From contig OZ224045.1 of NCBI GenBank assembly GCA_963665325.3, forward strand, positions 960,001 through 1,024,000: DNA of 64,000 nt, read 5' to 3'. The position numbers and the translations under genes are program-made. The notes below the pieces were generated by a model that searched no databases, had not been told where the DNA came from, and was given only the letters and a program-made list of their open reading frames with translations. Below are positions 8,309-16,784 of this stretch, piece by piece; position 1 is the stretch's first letter, and every line of letters starts with the position of its first letter. The stretch is from Alphaproteobacteria bacterium. Its GTDB lineage: Bacteria > Pseudomonadota > Alphaproteobacteria > Bin95.

Positions 8309-9082
8309 ATGAAGCGCGACCTGCATCCGTTTCTCCGCCATCCCGGTCATCCTCTGCCGGCCGCGATTGCGCACCGCGGTTACTCCGCCCGGCACCCCGA
8401 GAACACGATGATCGCCTTCGCCGCCGCGGTCGAACTCGGCTACCGGATTGTCGAGACCGACGTTCACGCCACCGCCGACAATGTCCTTGTCGTGTTTCAT
8501 GACAGCCGCCTGGACCGCCTCACGGATATGCGCGGCGCCATCTCGGAGAGGAGCTGGCCGGACCTTCGCCGCGCCCGCGTCGGCGGACGGGAACGGATCC
8601 CCCGTCTCGAGGAGCTGCTGACGACATGGGACACGCTGCGGGTCAACATCGACCCGAAGCAGGACAGCGCCGTCGGACCTCTGCTCGAAGTGCTTCGGGA
8701 CACCGATGCGTGGGACCGGGTTTGCGTGGGTTCGTCATCCAGTCCGCGTCTTCGCCGCATCAGGGCTGCGGCCGGCGACCGGCTTTGCACCTCGATGGGA
8801 ACGGCCGAAGTCGTTCGTCTCTGGCTGGCCGGCCATGTCCTGCCGCTCGGCGGATTTGCGGCCGATTGCGCGCAGGTCCCGACGCACCGGTACGGACTTC
8901 CGGTCATCGACCGCGCGTTCATGGCGGCCGCGCACGCCCGCGGCCTGCCGGTGCATGCATGGACCATCAACGAGGAGGCGGAAATGAACCGCCTGCTCGA
9001 TCTCGGCGTCGACGGGCTCATGACCGACGAGGCGGAGCTCCTGAAGCGGGTGTTTCAGGCCCGGAAGATCTGGACCGTGTAA
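8309..9082 (+). CDS. Glycerophosphodiester phosphodiesterase
   Basis: IAHRG, PENT, ETDVH, HDxxLDR, WTIN and GVDGLMTD. True start ATG 8309 lies inside the long track ORF 7238..9082. Confidence 0.9.
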   Translation: MKRDLHPFLRHPGHPLPAAIAHRGYSARHPENTMIAFAAAVELGYRIVETDVHATADNVLVVFHDSRLDRLTDMRGAISERSWPDLRRARVGGRERIPRLEELLTTWDTLRVNIDPKQDSAVGPLLEVLRDTDAWDRVCVGSSSSPRLRRIRAAAGDRLCTSMGTAEVVRLWLAGHVLPLGGFAADCAQVPTHRYGLPVIDRAFMAAAHARGLPVHAWTINEEAEMNRLLDLGVDGLMTDEAELLKRVFQARKIWTV

Positions 9083-9120
9083 ACGTCCGCTAAGATTCCC
9101 GTAACCCGAGGAGCCTGCCC

Positions 9121-9984
9121 ATGCCGGACCGACCGCTCGTGCTCGTCACCGAGAAAGACCGCGCCGCCGTCCTGACGCTCAACCGGCCGGAGAAGAAGAA
9201 CGCGATGAACGACGCGCTGCTGGCGGCGTTCATCGCCGCGGTCCGCAGCGCCAATGCGGATGACGGGGTGCGCGCCATCGTCGTCAGGGGCGCAGGCGAC
9301 TGCTTTACCTCGGGGCGCGATGCTTCCGAGTTCGAGCAGGCGGCCGTTCTGCAGGACATGTCGGTGGATGCGGCGGTGGACATCTTCCTGGAGGCGCTCT
9401 CGCTGCTGATCGAATCGCCGAAACCGACGATCGCCGCCGTGCATGGCATGGCGCTCGGCGGCGGGCAGGCGATGTCGCTTGCCTGCGATTTCGTCGTGGC
9501 GGAGCGGGACGCGCGGTTCGGCAATGTGGAGATGGCCTACGGCTTCCCGGCAGCCATGAACATCGCGCTGTTGACCCGCCAGATCGGCCGGCGCCGGGGG
9601 CTGGAGATCGCCATGACGGGCGACCTCTACACCGCCGAGCAGTATCGGGAGTTCGGCCTGGTCAACCGGCTGGCGGAGCCCGGCGGGCTGGACGAGGCGG
9701 TGGCGGCCTTCGTCGGCACGCTGACCGACCTAGCGCCCTGGGCGGTCCGGCGCACCAAGACGACCTATCGCCTCGCCGAGGACATGGCGCTGCACGGCGC
9801 GCTCAACTTCGGCAACCAGCTGAACCAGCTCTTGCGCCTGAACGGCCAGCTCGCGCCGATCCACAGCCGCAGCGAGGGGGTGAAACGGGCGCTCAAGACG
9901 GATATCGCGGACAGGGAGGCGGCGGAGGGGGGTAAGCCGCCGCAGGAAAGAGGCCGCCCGGCGCCGGGCCCGTTCAGGCGATGA
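9121..9984 (+). CDS. Enoyl-CoA hydratase/isomerase family
   Basis: LNRPEKKNA, FTSGRD, KPTIAAVHGxALGGG, FGxxE. Confidence 0.9.
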   Translation: MPDRPLVLVTEKDRAAVLTLNRPEKKNAMNDALLAAFIAAVRSANADDGVRAIVVRGAGDCFTSGRDASEFEQAAVLQDMSVDAAVDIFLEALSLLIESPKPTIAAVHGMALGGGQAMSLACDFVVAERDARFGNVEMAYGFPAAMNIALLTRQIGRRRGLEIAMTGDLYTAEQYREFGLVNRLAEPGGLDEAVAAFVGTLTDLAPWAVRRTKTTYRLAEDMALHGALNFGNQLNQLLRLNGQLAPIHSRSEGVKRALKTDIADREAAEGGKPPQERGRPAPGPFRR

Positions 9985-10375
9985 CGGCTACACCTTCGGC
10001 GGAGGCCGCGCGGGCAAGGGCGCGGTCGAGCGTCGCAAGGCTGTCGCCCCGGCGCAGCGCCGTCTCCAGATAGGCAGCGTCGTAGGCGGACAGGCGGCGA
10101 TTGCACGCGAGCGCGAAGACCGTGTCCTCGTCATGAGAATCGTCCTGCGCCAGTTGCAGGTTCCGCAAACGTGTCAGGAACCGCGCGCTTTGGGTGCGGT
10201 CGATACGGCCGCGGCGTTCGTTCACAATCAGGATATTGCGGATTTCATGCCGGAAGAGTCCGGGAACGACGCCTCCGGTTTGCGGCAGGATATCCAGAAC
10301 GTGCTCGGCCGCCTGCGCCTGCTCATCGGGAAAGCACCACGCCGCCGCGATGGAGGCGTCGATAACGACAGCCAT
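9974..10375 (-). CDS. vapC: PIN-domain VapC toxin
   Basis: MAVVIDASIAAAWCFPDE...HEIRN...LSAYDAAYL...LATLDRAL. TGATG coupling. Confidence 0.92.
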   Translation of the reverse strand: MAVVIDASIAAAWCFPDEQAQAAEHVLDILPQTGGVVPGLFRHEIRNILIVNERRGRIDRTQSARFLTRLRNLQLAQDDSHDEDTVFALACNRRLSAYDAAYLETALRRGDSLATLDRALARAASAEGVAVIA

Positions 10376-10608
10376 CAGGCGCGGCCCTCGTCCCTGGCGG
10401 CGCGAATCTCCGCGGCAGAGACGGAGGGGCGTTCCTTTCGCTCCTGCCTCAAGAGTTCGACGGTGCGGGCGACCGGTTCCCGTATCGGCACGATGCGGGC
10501 GGCCGGCACGCCGTTGCGCGCGATGACGACATCCCGGCCTTCCTCGGCCTGGGCGATCAGATGCGACAACCGCGTCTTGGCATCGCCGATATTGAAGGTG
10601 GGAGGCAT
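10375..10608 (-). CDS. Phd/YefM family antitoxin
   Basis: FNIGDAKTRLSHLIAQAEEGRDVVIARNGVPAARIVP, the Phd N-terminal signature. Confidence 0.92.
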   Translation of the reverse strand: MPPTFNIGDAKTRLSHLIAQAEEGRDVVIARNGVPAARIVPIREPVARTVELLRQERKERPSVSAAEIRAARDEGRA

Positions 10609-10664
10609 GGACCCGGTTCCTGTCTGCGTGTCCGTATCCGCCCACAGATATCCACCGTTACAGA

Positions 10665-10685
10665 CTTGGTCAAGGCTTGGTCAAG
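10665..10685. promoter_or_regulatory. Tandem CTTGGTCAAG boxes, putative Phd operator/-35
   Basis: CTTGGTCAAG-G-CTTGGTCAAG; each box is an interrupted palindrome and reads TTGACC on the minus strand, about 55 bp upstream of the antitoxin. Confidence 0.5.
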
Positions 10686-10701
10686 CGGGTTGGCGGAGCC
10701 C

Positions 10702-10836
10702 ATGGCGGTGCATGGCGCGCTCAACTTGGGCAACCGTCTGAACCGGCTTCTGCGTCCGAACGGCCCGCATGCGCCCATCCACAGCCGCAGCGACGGGGTC
10801 AGGCAGGCACTCAGGACGGATATGGAGGAAGGGGAA
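10702..10836 (+). pseudogene. Degenerate duplicate of the 3' end of the enoyl-CoA hydratase gene (9784..9918)
   Basis: Ungapped manual alignment, 109/135 nt identical. MAVHGALNLGNRLNRLLRPNGPHAPIHSRSDGVRQALRTD vs MALHGALNFGNQLNQLLRLNGQLAPIHSRSEGVKRALKTD. Confidence 0.9.
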
Positions 10837-10857
10837 CCCGGCCAGCCGGATCGGAGA

Positions 10858-10885
10858 GCCGCCGCCCCGGGGTCGGGGCGGCGGC
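10858..10885. terminator. GC-rich hairpin, possible terminator
   Basis: Perfect 12-bp stem GCCGCCGCCCCG-GGGT-CGGGGCGGCGGC between convergent units. No clear U-tract. Confidence 0.5.
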
Positions 10886-10955
10886 AGTCGAAAGGAGCTC
10901 TCAGGGAGCCTTGTGCGGCCCGCGGAGGCGAGCCTTTTCCGCTATCCGGGCGGGG

Positions 10956-11210
10956 TCAATGCCCGTGCGAAAGTGCGTCGCTGCCGATGTTGGCGCAGTT
11001 GTCATTCCCTGCGTTCCGGCACTGCGCGAGCGCTCCGGCCCTTGCAGTGCCGGCGTCGTCCGCCAACGCCGTGTAAACCTTGCCCGGGAGCGGCTGCATG
11101 AAGGTCCTGGCGTCGGCGGCCGCCATCGCGTAGTGGAACTGGTGGGCGCGTGCTGCGGACGCTGCGAAAAACGCGGCGACCATCGGAATTCCGGCAATCT
11201 TCCTCGGCAT
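10956..11210 (-). CDS. Small secreted protein, DUF4189-like (two Cys)
   Basis: AGGAGG RBS, signal-peptide-like MPRKIAGIPMVAAFFAASAARA, and A-x3-ALAQC-x7-C pattern. Confidence 0.5.
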   Translation of the reverse strand: MPRKIAGIPMVAAFFAASAARAHQFHYAMAAADARTFMQPLPGKVYTALADDAGTARAGALAQCRNAGNDNCANIGSDALSHGH

Positions 11211-11404
11211 CCTCGCCTCCTGTTTCGTTGATACGGAGGTGGGAAGCCGGGTACTGCCGTTCAATAAAGAATGCCGGTATCCCGGCGATTATTCTGCCGT
11301 AGTTCCCTATGCTTTTTTCAAATGAATCCTATAAGTTTGCCAAGAACCTGGCAGTAATGCATGGCTCACCCTAGCAGCGCCTTCGGGCAATGCGGGGCAA
11401 CAGC

Positions 11405-13024
11405 CTACCCGGCGGTGCGGAAGCCCTCGTAGCCGTTGGCGGCTACCGCGTCGCAACGCTGCTTGTAGCGGTCCACCCCGCCGACATAGGGCATGAAGAT
11501 GCGTGGCTTGCCGGGGATGTTGGCGCCGACATACCAGGAGTTCGCGAGCGGGTAGAGCGTCGAGTCCGCGACTTCGTTATTGTGCTGCACCCAGGCCTGC
11601 TCGGCGGCCTCCTCCGGCTCGATAACGCCGAGGCCCTCCGCACGCAGATGCTCCAGGCAGTTCGCGATCCAGTCCACATGCTGCTCGCAGGAGAGGATCA
11701 TCTGGCTCTTCACGCCGGGGCTCTGCGGGCCGGTCACCATGAAGAGGTTGGGGAAGCCCGCTATCGTGATGCCGAGATAGGTTAGCGGCCCGTCCGCCCA
11801 TTTCTCGCCGATAGCCGCGCCCCGGTCGGTGCGTATGTCGATTTCCTTCATCGCGCCGGTCATCGCATCGAAGCCGGTGGCGAACACAATGGCGTCGAGC
11901 TCGTAATCCGCCTCGTCGGTCCTGAGCCCGCTGGGCAGGATTTCCCGGATCGGCGCGCTGCGGGCGTCCACGAGCGTCACATTGTCGCGATTGTAGGTCT
12001 CGTAATAGCCGGTATCGAGGATCAGCCGCTTGGTGCCGATGGGGTGGTCGTTGGGACAGAGCAGCTCGGCCGTCTTCGGGTCCTTCACCGTCTGGCGGAT
12101 CTTGTTGCGCACGAACTCGCAGGCGGTCTCGTTCGCCTCCTTGTTCACCAGCAAATCGTTGAAGGAATAGAGGAAGCTGATACTGCCGCCTTCCTGCCAC
12201 TTGGCTTCGTAGATGCGGTTGCGCTCCTCCTCGGGAACGTCGAGCGCCGATCTGTCGGGCGGCGGGTAGCCGGCGATGCCGAACGGCGTCGTGTAGGCGG
12301 CGCGGCGCCGTTCCGGATATTCGGATTTGTGGCGGTTTTCCTTTTCCTCGCGCATCGGCTCGTTGCGGGCCGGCAAGCTGAAATTGGCGGTGCGCTGGAA
12401 GACATGCAGGTGCCTGGCGTGGCGCGCGATAAGCGGGATCGACTGCACGCCGGAGGAGCCCGTGCCGATGATCCCTACCCTGAGACCGGTGAAGTCCACG
12501 CCTTCATGCGGCCAGAGGCCGGTGTGGTACCAGCGGCCGCGGAAGCTCTCCAGGCCCGGATAACCGGGCGTGCGCGGTGTCGACAGATTGCCGGTCGCCA
12601 TGATGCAGTGGGACGCACGCACCGAACGGACGGCGCCCGTTTCGGTGTTCTCGGCCTCCAGCGTCCAGAGGCCCGTGCCGCTGTCGAAATGCGCGGAGCG
12701 GATGCGCGTGTTCAGCTCGATGTCGCGGCGAAGGTCGAACCGGTCGGCGACATGGTTCACATAGGACAGGATCGCCGGCTGGGTTCCGTAGCGCTCGGGC
12801 CAGCGCCATTCCTGCTGCAGGTCGTTCGAGAAGGAATAGGAATATTCCAGGCTCTCGACATCGCAGCGGCAGCCGGGATAGCGGTTCCAGTACCAGGTGC
12901 CGCCGATTCCGTCCGCAGCCTCGAAGGCGCGTACCCGGAAGCCAGACTTCCGCAGCCGGTGGATCGCATACAGGCCGCCGACGCCCGCACCGACGATCGC
13001 GACATCCAGGTCTTTACCGCTCAT
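11405..13024 (-). CDS. Type I Baeyer-Villiger monooxygenase
   Basis: GAGVGG, GGTWYWNRYPG, BVMO fingerprint FRGRWYHTGLWP, GTGSSG, ATGF. Start set at MSGKDLD because the track extension overlaps the tRNA. Confidence 0.93.
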   Translation of the reverse strand: MSGKDLDVAIVGAGVGGLYAIHRLRKSGFRVRAFEAADGIGGTWYWNRYPGCRCDVESLEYSYSFSNDLQQEWRWPERYGTQPAILSYVNHVADRFDLRRDIELNTRIRSAHFDSGTGLWTLEAENTETGAVRSVRASHCIMATGNLSTPRTPGYPGLESFRGRWYHTGLWPHEGVDFTGLRVGIIGTGSSGVQSIPLIARHARHLHVFQRTANFSLPARNEPMREEKENRHKSEYPERRRAAYTTPFGIAGYPPPDRSALDVPEEERNRIYEAKWQEGGSISFLYSFNDLLVNKEANETACEFVRNKIRQTVKDPKTAELLCPNDHPIGTKRLILDTGYYETYNRDNVTLVDARSAPIREILPSGLRTDEADYELDAIVFATGFDAMTGAMKEIDIRTDRGAAIGEKWADGPLTYLGITIAGFPNLFMVTGPQSPGVKSQMILSCEQHVDWIANCLEHLRAEGLGVIEPEEAAEQAWVQHNNEVADSTLYPLANSWYVGANIPGKPRIFMPYVGGVDRYKQRCDAVAANGYEGFRTAG

Positions 13025-13103
13025 TCCGCCTCGCTTCGCCCGCCCGGAAAGCGGCCGGGTGCAGATGCGCAGCGGGCGGGTCCCCTGGCAGGAAAGTGGA
13101 AAC

Positions 13104-13180
13104 TGGCGCGCCCGGGAAGACTCGAACTCCCAACCTCCTGATCCGTAGTCAGACGCTCTATCCAATTGAGCTACGGGCGC
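13104..13180 (-). tRNA. tRNA-Arg(ACG)
   Basis: GCGCCCGTAGCTCAATTGGATAGAGCGTCTGACT-ACG-GATCAGGAGGTTGGGAGTTCGAGTCTTCCCGGGCGCGCCA cloverleaf with CCA. Confidence 0.97.
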
Positions 13181-13336
13181 CGATAGAAGGGGCGGACATT
13201 AACGCCGGTCCGCCGGGGATGCAACTCTCTCCGGAACGCGCCCCGGCTTGGGGATAACCCGTTGTCAGGAGCCGCGATAACGCGCTACTGTCCTGCAATG
13301 GGCGGACATTCGGTGGCGTTTCAGGGCGGAACAATT

Positions 13337-14380
13337 ATGCGTAAACGGATAACCGCGAGCGCCCTCCTTCTCGGCGGGCTTTTGGCTGTTGCAGGGTGCG
13401 TGAAACCGGAAACCGGCCTGCCTCCCGGTTCGACCCGCGTGGAGGCCCCGGCGACGCCGGCAGCAGCTGCGGTCCGGGAAGCGCCGGCGCCGGCCGCCGC
13501 GCAGGCAGCTGCCGCGCCCGCGCCGCAGGGCGGGGAGAGCTTCGTCGTACGCAAGGTCCGCCAGCTCGCCGGCGAGGCGGATGCGCTGGCGGGCGTGCTG
13601 GAAGGCCTGGAGAAGGCGCATGCGGACCTGAGGGACGGGGCCCGGCAGCGCGCCGAAGGCTATCACGGGCGTGTCGCCGCCATTGAAGCGCGGCTCAAGA
13701 TCGGGACGACGCGGGCCAATCCAAGGCTGCGGGCGGAGTGGAATGTCGCCCAGTCGATGCTGGCGGCGCTCGACCGCGATGTCGGGTCCTGGGATGTGTT
13801 GCGGACGCGCGCCGCGGAAGCCGATTCCAGGGCTGCGTTCCTCAACGACTCGGTGCTGAACGCATTCGAGCTTTCCGGCGCGGTCGAGGAAGACCACCGC
13901 GCGCTGCACGCCATTGGCGACCGGGCGGCGCACATGACAGTGACCGTGACCCGCCTTCTGGACGAGGTCGCCGCTTCCTCGGAGCGGCAAAGCCGGCTGG
14001 TGACGGCCGAACGGCGCGAACTGGCGCTGCTGGCCGAGGCGATCGACGCCGGCAGCCTCGACGACGGCGTGGCGAGCGGGCCTTATTCCGCACGGGCCGC
14101 CGAGGAGCGGCCGCTTGCGGTCGTCCGCTTCGACGATCCGAACGTCGCCTATGAGGAAGCCTTGTCGGCAGCGGTGCAGCAGGTGATCGAGCGCCGGCCG
14201 GGATCGACCTTCGAGGTCGTCGGCATCTCGCCGGGCGGAAGCATGGCTGCGGCTGCGGACTATGCCGACAGGATCCACAGGAGCCTGCGCCGCATGGGCG
14301 TCGCGGCGTCCAGGCTCAGGATTGCGACACGCGCGGACAGCGACGTGAGCGTGGAGGAAGTCCGCCTCTACGTCCGCTAG
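13337..14380 (+). CDS. Putative lipoprotein with coiled-coil region
   Basis: Lipobox LAVAGC after a hydrophobic stretch, Ala/Pro linker, helical region, small alpha/beta C-terminus. Confidence 0.7.
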   Translation: MRKRITASALLLGGLLAVAGCVKPETGLPPGSTRVEAPATPAAAAVREAPAPAAAQAAAAPAPQGGESFVVRKVRQLAGEADALAGVLEGLEKAHADLRDGARQRAEGYHGRVAAIEARLKIGTTRANPRLRAEWNVAQSMLAALDRDVGSWDVLRTRAAEADSRAAFLNDSVLNAFELSGAVEEDHRALHAIGDRAAHMTVTVTRLLDEVAASSERQSRLVTAERRELALLAEAIDAGSLDDGVASGPYSARAAEERPLAVVRFDDPNVAYEEALSAAVQQVIERRPGSTFEVVGISPGGSMAAAADYADRIHRSLRRMGVAASRLRIATRADSDVSVEEVRLYVR

Positions 14381-14392
14381 CCGGCCGCGGGC

Positions 14393-15508
14393 TTACACCC
14401 CGCCCCAGATTTCCTCGGCAAGCGTCACCGCCAGTTCGAGCTTCCGCCGCTGGTCGTCATAGCCGATCCTGTTGCCGTGTTCGGTCGAGGCGAAGCCGCA
14501 TTGCGGCGCGATACCGAGCTGGTCGAGATCGGCGTATCTGGATGCCTCGTCGAACTTCCGCTTGAGGTCGTCGACGCTCTCGAGCTCCGGCGTCTTGGTA
14601 GTGATGAAGCCCGGCAGGACGCGCTGATGGCCCTTGGCAAGCAGACCGAGCGGCTCCAGCCCGCCGGCGCGCTCAGTGTCGTATTCCATAAAGAAGATAT
14701 CGACCCCGGTCCTGTTGAACACCGCATCGGCTGCGGGATCGTAGGCGCCTTCCGCCGCATGGCTGGACTGGAAATTGCCGCGGCAAAGATGCATCGCAAC
14801 GGTCAAGTCGTCCGGACGGTCCTTGATCGCCTCGTTCATCATCCAGGCGTAGCGGTCGATCAGCCGGTCCGGGTCGTAGCCTTGCTGCTGCTTCTCCGCG
14901 CGGTGCTTCGGGTCGCAGAGATAGGCGAAGAAGATGTCGTCGAGCTGGATATAGCGGCAGCCGGCGGCGTAGAACGCCGCGACGGCCTTCCGGTAGGTCG
15001 CCGCGATGTCTGCGAACAGCAGGTCGATATCCCTGTATTCCGGCACGTGAATGTCTTCCGGCCCGAGCCGGAAATGGCAGCAGCTCGGGCCGGGAATCGA
15101 GATCTTCGGCGCTACGGTCGTGTTGGCGGCCACAAATCTGAAATGTTCGAGCATCGGGTGGTCGTCGGGGAAGTCGAGCCTGGCCGTGATCGTCGGGTAG
15201 AGCGGCGGCAGGCGCACGCCGGCGAACTGCACGCCCAGCTCGCGCATCTCGAACTCGAACCCGGTCAGCATCTCCATGAAGTCGTAATGCCAGAACAGGC
15301 GGCGGTACTCGCCGTCGGTAACCGCCTTGAGCCCGATATCCTCCTGCATGCGGATGGCATCGGCGATCGCCTCGTCCTCGATCGCGCGCAGCGCCTCGGC
15401 CGGCATGGTCTTCTCGTCGAGGCACTTGCGGCGCGCCTCAAGGACCTTGGCCGGGCGCAGCAGGCTGCCGACATGGTCGGCGCGATAGGGCGGTCGCCGG
15501 CTGCTCAT
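14393..15508 (-). CDS. Cobalamin-independent methionine synthase II family (C-terminal MetE domain only)
   Basis: RADHVGSLLRP, TDGEYRR, Zn ligands HLCRGN and PQCGF. Confidence 0.88.
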   Translation of the reverse strand: MSSRRPPYRADHVGSLLRPAKVLEARRKCLDEKTMPAEALRAIEDEAIADAIRMQEDIGLKAVTDGEYRRLFWHYDFMEMLTGFEFEMRELGVQFAGVRLPPLYPTITARLDFPDDHPMLEHFRFVAANTTVAPKISIPGPSCCHFRLGPEDIHVPEYRDIDLLFADIAATYRKAVAAFYAAGCRYIQLDDIFFAYLCDPKHRAEKQQQGYDPDRLIDRYAWMMNEAIKDRPDDLTVAMHLCRGNFQSSHAAEGAYDPAADAVFNRTGVDIFFMEYDTERAGGLEPLGLLAKGHQRVLPGFITTKTPELESVDDLKRKFDEASRYADLDQLGIAPQCGFASTEHGNRIGYDDQRRKLELAVTLAEEIWGGV

Positions 15509-16719
15509 GGCGTCTCTCCGCGTGCGCCGGTTCCGGACCCGGCGAGCAGACGCTGGAGCAGGTCCTCGTCCAGGCCCGCTTCGCGCAGCACTTCCTCGCT
15601 GTGCTGCCCCGGAAGGGGCGGCGGCCGGTCGATGGCGCCGGAACCGTGCGCCAGCCGAAACCCGGACCCGACCAGCTGCATAGGCCCCCACGGCCCTTCG
15701 ACTTCCTGAAGAACATCGCGATGGGCGATCTGGCGGTGGGCGACCGCTTCGGCAATGCTGCGAATGCGCGCCGAGGGCGCGCCGGCTTCCTCCAGACGGT
15801 CTTCCCAGACTTCCGCGCCGCCGTCCGAAAAGGCCGCCTCGATGATTTCGCGCAACTCATCGGCATGGGCCGTGCGCGCGTCCCAGTCGGCGAAACGCGG
15901 GTCTTCCAGCAGGTCTTCGCGTCCGAGGGCCGCGCAGAGCGCCCGGAACTGCTTCTCGTTGTTGACCGCGAGGAGGAGATGGCCGCCGCCTGCGTTGAAC
16001 AGGTTGGCGGTCGGCTTGCGGCTTACCGCCTGGTTGCCGTACTGGCCCTGCAAATGGCCGGCGACCAGATATTCCACCACGGCGGGTGACATGAAAGAGA
16101 GCGCGGCGTCGAGCATGGCGACATCGACCATCTGCCCCTTGCCGGTATGGCTGCGCTGGAAGAGCGCGCTCGCCACGGCGAAGGCGGCGGTCATGCCGCC
16201 GATCGCATCGCACACCGCAAAACCCGCCCTGACCGGCCCGCTTTCCGCATGTCCGGTCACGGACATGATGCCGGAGGTGGCCTGGATTCTGCCGTCATAG
16301 GCCGCCGTTTCGCGGTCGGGCCCGTTCTGCCCGAAGCCGGAAACGGCGCAATAGATGAGCCGGGGATTGATCTCCGAAAGCGCCTCATAGCCGAGGCCGA
16401 GCCGGTCCATGACGCCCGGCCGGAAGTTCTCCATCACCACATCGGCGCTCTTCGCCATGTGCCGGAGCGCGGCGACGGCGTCGGGGTCCTTCAGGTCGAG
16501 CGCGAGATTGCGCTTGTTGGCATTGGCGGAGGCCCACATCGGCGCCATCGCCCGGTCTGCCCACAGCTTCGAGGGCGGGGAGAAGCGCATGTCCTCGCCG
16601 CCCGGGCGCTCGATCTTGACGACGTCCGCGCCGAGCAGCGCCAACTGGTAGCTGCCGAAGGGCCCGGCGAACACCTGGGTGAAGTCCAGGACGCGGATAC
16701 CGGAAAACGGCCTTATCAT
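15505..16719 (-). CDS. Family III CoA-transferase (CaiB/BaiF)
   Basis: GIRVLDFTQVFAGP, ENFRPG, catalytic Asp in VCDAIGG, PPLPGQH. Confidence 0.92.
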   Translation of the reverse strand: MIRPFSGIRVLDFTQVFAGPFGSYQLALLGADVVKIERPGGEDMRFSPPSKLWADRAMAPMWASANANKRNLALDLKDPDAVAALRHMAKSADVVMENFRPGVMDRLGLGYEALSEINPRLIYCAVSGFGQNGPDRETAAYDGRIQATSGIMSVTGHAESGPVRAGFAVCDAIGGMTAAFAVASALFQRSHTGKGQMVDVAMLDAALSFMSPAVVEYLVAGHLQGQYGNQAVSRKPTANLFNAGGGHLLLAVNNEKQFRALCAALGREDLLEDPRFADWDARTAHADELREIIEAAFSDGGAEVWEDRLEEAGAPSARIRSIAEAVAHRQIAHRDVLQEVEGPWGPMQLVGSGFRLAHGSGAIDRPPPLPGQHSEEVLREAGLDEDLLQRLLAGSGTGARGETP

Positions 16720-16784
16720 GTTGCGGGTCCTTCCTCGCGCGCTATGCTCGCGCCACCATAAAGCCGAAAGGGGACGATAACGCC

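Noticed and set aside
10941-11420. Weak similarity of 10942-10955 to the BVMO stop region (a possible third gene-end duplication)
   Set aside because: Too short and mismatched in GC-rich DNA to support.
13025-13165. N-terminal extension of the BVMO ORF in the track
   Set aside because: It runs through the tRNA-Arg gene; the real start is most likely ATG 13024.
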